NCBI GenBank assembly: GCA_963766715.1
Contig: CAVYBH010000008.1
Location: 128,001-192,000, forward strand
DNA: 64,000 nucleotides
Source: an uncultured delta proteobacterium
GTDB taxonomy: Bacteria > Myxococcota > Myxococcia > Myxococcales > Anaeromyxobacteraceae
Reading direction: 5' to 3'
This document shows, piece after piece, positions 63,300 through 64,000 of the stretch (positions are counted from its first letter, which is position 1; every line of letters begins with the position of its first letter). The position numbers and the translations under genes were made by a program. The notes beneath the pieces are model-generated. The model did no database searches. It saw only the letters and a program-made list of their open reading frames with translations, and had not been told where the DNA came from.

Positions 63300-64000
63300 A
63301 TGGCCCGCAGGTTCAATCCCAGGAAGGTCGGCCTCTTCGTCCTCGCGGCCACCGTGCTCGGCATCGCCGCGACCCTGTACCTCGGCGGGAGCCGGATCCT
63401 CCAGCGCAAGGTGCGCTTCGCGGTGGTCTTCGCGCAGGACATCGCCGGCCTGGAAGTCGACGCGCCGGTGAAGTTCCGCGGCGTGCCGGTGGGACGGGTG
63501 GCGAGCATCCACCTCTCCATCGGCTCGCCGGAGGCGCCGCTCCGGGCGCTCTTCATGCCGGTCGTCATCGAGCTCAACCCGTCGCGCATCCAGGAGCTCG
63601 GGGAGTCGACCGACCTGGGCAACCCGGCGGTGGTGAAGACGCTCGTCGAGCACGGGCTGCGAGCCCGCCTGGCCCTCGAGAGCTTCCTCTCCGGACGCCG
63701 CTACGTCGACCTCGACATCATCCCCGATGCGCCGCTGCCCGGAGCCTCCGCCGTTCGCGCTTCCCTACCCGGTGATCCCGGTCTACCGGGAGCCGAATCT
63801 CATGGCGCTGCAGGCGGACGCCTCCAAGCTGATCAGCAAGCTCCAGGCCCTCGACCTCGAGGGGCTCATCGCCGACTTCCGTGCGGCCGCGGCGGGCGTC
63901 GCGCGCGCCTCCGGCCGCATCGACGACGCCGGGCGCGGCATCCCCCGGACCCTCGAGAGCATGGACCGCGCGCTGGCCGCCATCCGCGACGCGGCCCGGT
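63300..64000 (+). CDS. MlaD/MCE domain protein (runs off window end)
   Basis: KVGLFVL TM, GLEVDAPVKFRGVPVGRV, GLRARL. Confidence 0.85.
   Translation, partial: MARRFNPRKVGLFVLAATVLGIAATLYLGGSRILQRKVRFAVVFAQDIAGLEVDAPVKFRGVPVGRVASIHLSIGSPEAPLRALFMPVVIELNPSRIQELGESTDLGNPAVVKTLVEHGLRARLALESFLSGRRYVDLDIIPDAPLPGASAVRASLPGDPGLPGAESHGAAGGRLQADQQAPGPRPRGAHRRLPCGRGGRRARLRPHRRRRARHPPDPREHGPRAGRHPRRGP

Noticed and set aside
1..64000. CRISPR arrays, tRNA/rRNA genes, prophage, integrases or canonical defence systems
   Set aside because: No repeat-spacer structure, RNA gene signature or recognisable phage/defence protein motif was seen.

Overview
Very GC-rich bacterial DNA. Gene content (Ser/Thr kinases, ECF sigma factors, Cys-rich lipoproteins, c-type cytochromes) suggests an Anaeromyxobacter-like myxobacterium; this is inference, not a database match. 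About 63 protein-coding genes are densely packed. I saw no rRNA, tRNA, CRISPR array or prophage. Many genes, including housekeeping-type ones (argJ, phosphofructokinase, RND pump, Mla-type ABC), are split by single-base indels. These are most simply long-read or assembly errors, so I report reconstructed gene spans. Recognisable blocks: two Ser/Thr kinases (one coupled to an ECF sigma), a very large Cys-rich multicopper oxidase, three paralogous membrane-anchored proteins, a PAQR-lipoprotein-desaturase cluster, M1 aminopeptidase, pirin, an ECF/anti-sigma/Spy-like/Cys-repeat operon, a tripartite RND pump, Pfk, acyl-CoA synthetase, an ATP-grasp/esterase pair, a Tsx + two NCS2 uptake cluster, argJ and MlaE/F/D. 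The strongest non-obvious signal is a 29-bp motif (GCTAACGC-N4-GG-N3-G-N-CGCCGGTCY, minus strand) present three times at 37.6-39.6 kb. It looks like an ECF promoter, and one copy sits in front of a catalytically truncated IS5-type transposase N-terminal domain, hinting at a domesticated transposase fragment inside an ECF regulon. Also notable: a five-fold repeated GRSALL..L.R helix at the N-terminus of a TPR kinase, and a nucleoside-channel gene with nearly exclusive C-ending codons.
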